DNA of 64,000 bases from a virus (lineage: Duplodnaviria > Caudoviricetes), in IMG/VR virus record IMGVR_UViG_3300030376_006242. One strand, given 5' to 3'. The position numbers and the translations under genes are program-made. Below are positions 58,529 through 64,000 of the stretch, one piece after another. Under the pieces are notes generated by a model that saw only the letters and a list, made by a program, of their open reading frames with translations, was not told where the DNA came from and did not search any database. Position 1 is the stretch's first letter; every line of letters starts with the position of its first letter.

Positions 58529-59650
58529 CTATATCTCTGTCTGCTCCATAAACACAATTTCAGAGGTTACAGGCGTAAATCCTTGGGCAACACAATCCTT
58601 ATGGAACTCTGATTTAACACATTCCAACACAAGGTCAAAATTGCTACCCACTTCATAGTAACCATTCTCAAAATTGCCTGACTTCAGTTTGATGTACCAC
58701 TGCTTCATCCGTGTGTCCTCCCCATTCTATCGAAGTTCTCTCCGACTCTTTCTGTGATAGTCCATATAGGATCTTCTTCGTATGCCTCCCAATGTAATTC
58801 TCTACTGGATTCAAGTTCATACCACTTGTCTTCTATCTGTTTGTATTCCTCTATCAACTGTTCAGAGTCCATGTTGTGAAAGCCTTTGAATCCACCTTCC
58901 AGGATATAAGTTAAAGTTGAATAGTCACCTTCCTTGTATCCGTTGTAGATTTCATATGCCTCAACCTGTAGACATCTCTCTGACATCACATAAGGAGTCA
59001 GTTTCATTGCTCTTGAATCTTCATACAAGAAGTCTGTGTGTCTGTCTTGTATATCTGTTGTCAGTCTAGTTCCCATTTACTATCCTTTCCAAGTCCGCCA
59101 TAGGACTTTCTAGATTGTTTCCTGATAAGTCAAAGAAGTCTCCTCTGTTCTTTTCGTCATAGACTGCCAAGTCCGTTGAATTACATTCCTGAACATGAAG
59201 TGTCACATGGTAAGTGATATCTCCTTCTTCTCCTGATATTCCCCAACCTGCTTTCTTTCTTTTCTTCTTAGGCACCTTGACAATGTCATAGATGCTTTCA
59301 TCTTCTGGATAGTGCATATCAATCATGCAATACACCTTAGCCTGTTCGTAGTATCTAGGACCTTTCAACAACTCGACAACACCTCTATTAATCTTGTCCT
59401 CAAGTTCTTCTCTTGTCTCAGATGTTCTTGCTTGGATGTAAAAGTTCATCATCAAGTGATCAACCTCGCACCACATTTCTTTATCGTGATCCCAAGACAC
59501 ATAGTTTGTCGCTCGAGCCACATTGATATCTCTATTTGTAGTGTTCAACACAAAAGGAAGAGTCGCTAGGTCTTCCTTTAATACTCTTGCATGGAACCTA
59601 GCAGATCTCTCATCTAATCTAGGGTCTTGATCTTTAGGATAAAATTCCAT
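58529..59650 (-). CDS. Three early hypothetical genes (58529-58708, 58705-59076, 59066-59650)
   Basis: Translationally coupled ORFs. Confidence 0.65.
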
Positions 59651-60312
59651 TATTGATCCTCCCCAATGTTGACTGCTTTCTTTTCAACAACCAGTTCTCT
59701 CACTTTGACTTCTGCTTCAGTCTCCTGCTCTGCTTCATACTCTGCCATGCTCTCTGTGATTCCGAAGTAGTCATCTATTTCCTTACCATCTCCGTTGTCA
59801 AAGAACTTGCTGTCTGATTTATAATCACTAGGTTGATAACATCTGTCATCACCATTGTCCCATATACCCATGAAGTCACATCCACCTTCGTAGTATCTGG
59901 CTACCAAGGAACAATTTTCATTGTCTACTAGGAATTGTTCATAAGCACCAATTGGAGGTGACCATGCTGAATCAAATGCGAAAGATATAGTGGACTCGTC
60001 CAATGAATCATTCAAGTGCTGTCTATCAACACCATAGAATTCACACACTTCCCACTTGGTTCCCCAGTTGTCTACTGCCCAACTATACCAGTCTGAATAG
60101 CCTGTCTTCTCTATCATTGCTTTGTCTTTAGTACCATCTGCCGTTGTATCTCTCAACTCTGCTGGCATAGGGTGCATCAACTGAAGCAATCCTTTTGGCT
60201 CTGATGAATCAGCAAAAGCCTCGTTGCCTTCTTCTTTGACAATCTTCTCTATCTTGTCTATAAGTTTGTTGGGTCCTGTTATTGTGATATGATTATTACA
60301 CCAATTAGGCAT
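59650..60312 (-). CDS. DUF1281/YubB-like ferredoxin-fold protein
   Basis: MPNWCNN, WY.W...NWGTKW, FDSAWSPP and YYEGG. Confidence 0.75.
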   Translation of the reverse strand: MPNWCNNHITITGPNKLIDKIEKIVKEEGNEAFADSSEPKGLLQLMHPMPAELRDTTADGTKDKAMIEKTGYSDWYSWAVDNWGTKWEVCEFYGVDRQHLNDSLDESTISFAFDSAWSPPIGAYEQFLVDNENCSLVARYYEGGCDFMGIWDNGDDRCYQPSDYKSDSKFFDNGDGKEIDDYFGITESMAEYEAEQETEAEVKVRELVVEKKAVNIGEDQ

Positions 60313-61125
60313 TGATACCCTCCTTTGAGTTAGATATTAATATCGCTCCACCTGTAAGAAAGAAAGCAAGTCCTAAACCTGCTATCATCAGCATCTCGCC
60401 AAGTGTGTTGGATTGTGCCATACAAGCGCCATCACAATCTCCTGCGGAACCAGCCATCATAACCAGTCCTATCATTACCAGTGTCGTTGCTATTAGATTA
60501 AAAAATGTTTTCATGTGCCCTTTCTTTGTTGTTTATAGTTTAATAATAAAGCCAAACTACCAAAATGTCAATACCAAAAAAACCCAATGTTTATGCGGCT
60601 TTTTTGCATTTCCAACATTTATGTCCCTCTTCTTTGTGCATTTCGTTCTCTTTTGCAATCACATCGTAGTTCCAATCAACAACTCCCATACCTGTTTCGT
60701 GTTCTAACATTTCGGGGTTATCCTTTTCCCATTCACGTGCATATGCTTCTGCCTCGTCTTCTGTTAAACCGTAAGCATTCTCTTCGCCACAATGTTCACA
60801 GTTCCACCAATAACCGTATGCTATATCTTTCATTGCCATGTTGCCCTCTCTGTTAAAGTTTAAAAATGTGTTGTATCTCTTAACCGTTAGCCTGCTTCAG
60901 TATACTCATTCCTAGTCGTACATACAACACACCTTCAAGTTGTTTGTGCTTGTCCATGTCCTTCACTAATGCTTTCGCACACTTGTTTCCGCAAGTCTCA
61001 GTAGTGTCATCCAATGTATTATCCACACGTTTATACGTACAAGCACTCACAACTTTCTTAATATATGCTTTCCAATTTAAATAAGCATTGTTTCCAATTA
61101 AGCCTTTTTTAAACTTGTTATACAT
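60305..61125 (-). CDS. Three small early genes (60305-60514 membrane; 60591-60839 CxxC Zn ribbon; 60880-61125)
   Basis: Short ORFs; hydrophobic or CxxC patterns. Confidence 0.6.
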
Positions 61126-61304
61126 ATAATAAAATATAACACAACACGCAAAAAAATCCTAGTGTAAAGATGGGGTTAACATTACACTTGACAAAACTAA
61201 ATTTTTCCTTTTTTTTTAGAGAGAGAGAGCTCTCCTTATTATACTATATTACTACCAAAATCCAGAATTGTCAATACCAAAAGAAGCCGCATATCTTGGG
61301 CCTT

Positions 61305-61844
61305 TTATGCCACCTCTTTCGGTTTCATCATCTCTAAATGCCTATTTAGGATCTCAATATGCTCCTTGATGGCAACTTCTTCCAATGGTCTAAAGAAAGG
61401 GTCTGTCACTTCCTTGCCATCAGATGTGTAATGACTGCCAACAAAATGCCAACTCATCTTGGGTTTGCCTAGGAAGTTCTTCTCTCCCACGTCTTTCATC
61501 AGATATATGTACTGTTCGCCTGAGTTGAATCCGTGCTTGATATAGTCATCTTCATCCTTGTAGATTTTATATCCCACACCCTTTTCGCCTCTGTCTCTGC
61601 CATAGTACACATTCTGCACTTCATACATGGGATTGGACCTATCGTCGAAGTCCACCTTGTCGCCCACTATGTAATGCCACTTGGATGAATCACCCAACTT
61701 GATGGCCTCTGTCACTTTCTTGGCGTCTTCCCAATGCTCACAGAGATTGTATCCCAATCCCCCAGGGTAGCCGTCCCAATGTTGGTAGGATGCTATGATC
61801 CTACCTGATTTCTGTTTAATGCCTATTCTCGCTCTTGTTGCCAT
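61305..61844 (-). CDS. Phage hypothetical protein (HWDGYP motif)
   Basis: MATRARIG...YQHWDGYP...YYGRDRGE. Confidence 0.75.
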   Translation of the reverse strand: MATRARIGIKQKSGRIIASYQHWDGYPGGLGYNLCEHWEDAKKVTEAIKLGDSSKWHYIVGDKVDFDDRSNPMYEVQNVYYGRDRGEKGVGYKIYKDEDDYIKHGFNSGEQYIYLMKDVGEKNFLGKPKMSWHFVGSHYTSDGKEVTDPFFRPLEEVAIKEHIEILNRHLEMMKPKEVA

Positions 61845-62140
61845 TATGCTATCTCCTTCTTGCCTGATTTGTTAACCTTAGTCAAATGGTTGCCAGGAAC
61901 ATTCCATCTCGACATACCTGTGTCAACTGTCACGTACTTGATCTTCACCTTGGTAACCGTACCAGTCTCCATTCTGCCATATCTGCCAGTGAAACTCACA
62001 GTATCACCGATCTTGAATGACTGTGCCTTCTGTGTGTGAAGTTGATTTCTTCTGTACTTGATAGCCTGTACAATTAAGTCCACATCTTCTGATGAAGCAC
62101 CGTGGATGAACTTGATAACGTCTTTGGTATAGTTTTGCAT
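61844..62140 (-). CDS. Small SH3/KOW-like protein
   Basis: FKIGDTVSF...GTVTKVKIKYVTVD...WNVP. Confidence 0.65.
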   Translation of the reverse strand: MQNYTKDVIKFIHGASSEDVDLIVQAIKYRRNQLHTQKAQSFKIGDTVSFTGRYGRMETGTVTKVKIKYVTVDTGMSRWNVPGNHLTKVNKSGKKEIA

Positions 62141-62505
62141 TGTGCCCTTTCTTGGTTGATTACAGACAGCCGCAAACGCCTCGTCCTGACCACCAACGTG
62201 GCTTTTATAAGGAGTCATAGGAACTTGCAACCTTGCTGTCATAATACTAGTATACATTCGGCACTACCAAAAAGTCAACCAAAAAGAAATGGCGTAGAAT
62301 ATGGATTTTGGGAAATAATTAAAAGGGTATATAATATAACCAGTAGAACCCCTGACAATACAACCTTAGGTTAACTACCCTTTTTTTTTAGATAGATAGA
62401 TCTCTCCTTATTATAACATAATAATGCCATAATACCAAAATGTCAACCCGGAAAGAAGTCGCAAGAAATGGGGGATTCTGGACCCCCCAATTCGAATGAT
62501 TTGGT

Positions 62506-62766
62506 TTACTTGGTAGATTTGGTAGTAAACAGACTCTTGATAGAATCAACGGTTCTTGCGAACTGATCCTTTGAATCTGCCCAACTCTTTGCCTGGTAAG
62601 CCTTGATGTCTACCCACTCGTTCTGCAGGTGTGTAGAAACTTTGCCTGGAACAGATACCACAGTCTCCACGAACTCTTTTGGTGTCACTGTCTTCTGCTC
62701 ATCTGCCTTAACAACCGAAGCGAACAGTGCCGCCCCAATCATGCCGCCTATGATCAATTTAATCAT
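62506..62766 (-). CDS. Small secreted protein
   Basis: Signal peptide ending VKA. Confidence 0.65.
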   Translation of the reverse strand: MIKLIIGGMIGAALFASVVKADEQKTVTPKEFVETVVSVPGKVSTHLQNEWVDIKAYQAKSWADSKDQFARTVDSIKSLFTTKSTK

Positions 62767-62767
62767 A

Positions 62768-63088
62768 TTATGCCTGCTCAGTTATTGCTGTCTCAACCGG
62801 TGCTGGAGTTTCCTCTATCACCATTGATTTTGATCCAGATAGGTTTCTCTTCACGAATGATGAGATTGCTGTCTGAGCCGCCTCTGATTGAAACTTGTCA
62901 TGTGCCATTAAAAAATCACAGATGTCTGCCTTGCTCATTGGCGTATCCAATTCCACAAGATTGATGTCTGTGTGTTTTCTCATGTTCAAGATTTTGATTC
63001 TTGCCACATAGTCATTCGCGAATCTGATTTTAGTCGACCCCTTAGGATCTGTACTAACTCCAGCCACTTTAAATGTTCTATTATCCAT
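62768..63088 (-). CDS. Early hypothetical protein
   Basis: GAGGAG RBS; FKVAGVS...KIRFAND. Confidence 0.7.
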   Translation of the reverse strand: MDNRTFKVAGVSTDPKGSTKIRFANDYVARIKILNMRKHTDINLVELDTPMSKADICDFLMAHDKFQSEAAQTAISSFVKRNLSGSKSMVIEETPAPVETAITEQA

Positions 63089-63698
63089 TTGACTTTTCTC
63101 CTCTTTGAGTTTATAATTGTATCCAATCTTTTGATTGCATATGTGTACATTATAACATGGAATCACCAAAAAAGTCAAGTTTTTGGCGGGTCAAAAAAGT
63201 CAATAAAATGGCGGGTCATTTGGTGATGATGCCAAAAAGATTACCAAAATAACCTGAGAACACATCAAAAACACACGAAGTGGGCACATCGCATAAGCCA
63301 AACATAAGCACACACGAGCACAGCATAACACACATAGGAAGCACAGCATAGGACATAGCACATAGTACAGCAACCAAGGCAAGCACACCGGGCACAGCAT
63401 ACACAGTGTAGCAACCCCGGCAACAGCGTGAGCCTGTGGAGCACGGTACGCCAGGGTAGCGTACGGTCCAGAACCGATTCAACCTTCTGAACCGAACCCC
63501 AAATGGTGCCCCCAGGGTGCTGAAAGCACCACCCCACCGGTGAAATGGTTCAGAAACCATAGAAAATGGTAAAAATAATAGTGTAAAAAATTTGGAAACG
63601 GTAGGTGACGACAGGCATAGTTCAAATACTTTCAGCATCGTAGACACCTAGCACACACACGGTTCACAATCCTTACAATCCTCCAAAACCTGTAGGCT

Positions 63699-63764
63699 CA
63701 CAGCGAGGCCTTTGTGATATGCACAGCGAGGCCTTGCCAAATCCTAGACCCCACAGCGAGGCCT
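63699..63764 (+). repeat. Three exact 13-bp direct repeats CACAGCGAGGCCT
   Basis: Copies at 63699, 63722 and 63752. Confidence 0.85.
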
Positions 63765-63781
63765 ACCAATATATACAAGAA

Positions 63782-63922
63782 ATGAAGCCAGAAGAAGACC
63801 ACACCAACCCATACGAGATCACATCAGAACCTATCCTCAAAGGCACCCCACCCACACGGGACGGTTACCTGCTACGCATACTGATAATGTGGTTCGTGTT
63901 CACCATACTGTTCATCATATGA
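63782..63922 (+). CDS. 46-aa C-terminally anchored membrane peptide
   Basis: ATG at 63782; hydrophobic tail; overlapped by the next, truncated ORF at 63919. Confidence 0.5.
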   Translation: MKPEEDHTNPYEITSEPILKGTPPTRDGYLLRILIMWFVFTILFII

Positions 63923-64000
63923 AACCACAGGACTATGTAGGGTTGTATATTCTGGTCACCATGATCACACTCGCTTCTGTCAACTATCTATACAGAATAT

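Larger units (their letters stand above)
55261..63178 (-). repeat. Family of nine repeated early-promoter cassettes (PeSL-like)
   Basis: TTGACA/T at 55284, 55501, 56339, 58491, 60566, 61269, 62273, 62441 and 63173, each with a TTTTGGT box and a -10 at 17-18 bp. Confidence 0.88.

Noticed and set aside
55261-63178. Repeats as a CRISPR array or integron cassette array
   Set aside because: Spacing is irregular (0.2-2 kb), the repeats are -35/-10 promoters, and no cas or integrase gene is in the window.
63200-63647. Cys/Val/Leu-rich minus-strand ORFs
   Set aside because: Artefacts of the T-poor low-complexity plus strand; open in several frames with no RBS.
1-64000. tRNA genes, stop-codon reassignment, inteins or introns, reverse transcriptase/DGR
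   Set aside because: No cloverleaf or T-loop found by eye. Core genes are full length in the standard code and all three stops are used. Terminase, helicase and UvsX have no insertions. No RT motif seen. tRNAscan would be needed to exclude tRNAs fully.

Overview
This is a 64-kb segment of an AT-rich, T4-superfamily myovirus genome. A marine proteobacterial host is inferred from the host-like hemC, yhhQ, sufE and galE genes and a glnA-type riboswitch, but the host is not proven. Layout: 1-10.5 kb morphogenesis (tail sheath, tail tube, baseplate, gp4, terminase); 10.6-13.4 kb gp32-uvsX-uvsY; 13.4-26.6 kb a 17-gene glycosyltransferase/methyltransferase island; 26.6-41.8 kb replication genes (uvsW, primase, helicase, two unusual DnaE-family proteins) interleaved with metabolic genes; 41.8-45.7 kb a late-promoter operon encoding oxygenases, a PLP aminotransferase and an amidinotransferase; 45.8-54.8 kb accessory genes; 54.8-63.2 kb a minus-strand early region built from repeated promoter cassettes; 63.2-63.8 kb a non-coding, strand-skewed repeat region. 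Most notable observations: a glutamine (glnA) riboswitch starting at a phage late promoter ahead of a 65-aa basic peptide; a possible guanidino-installing operon; a structured ~105-nt ncRNA next to yhhQ; a 185-aa miniature DnaE; a ubiquitin-like domain protein; a candidate -1 frameshift; and widespread leaderless genes. All product calls come from motifs recognised by eye; no database searches were run.
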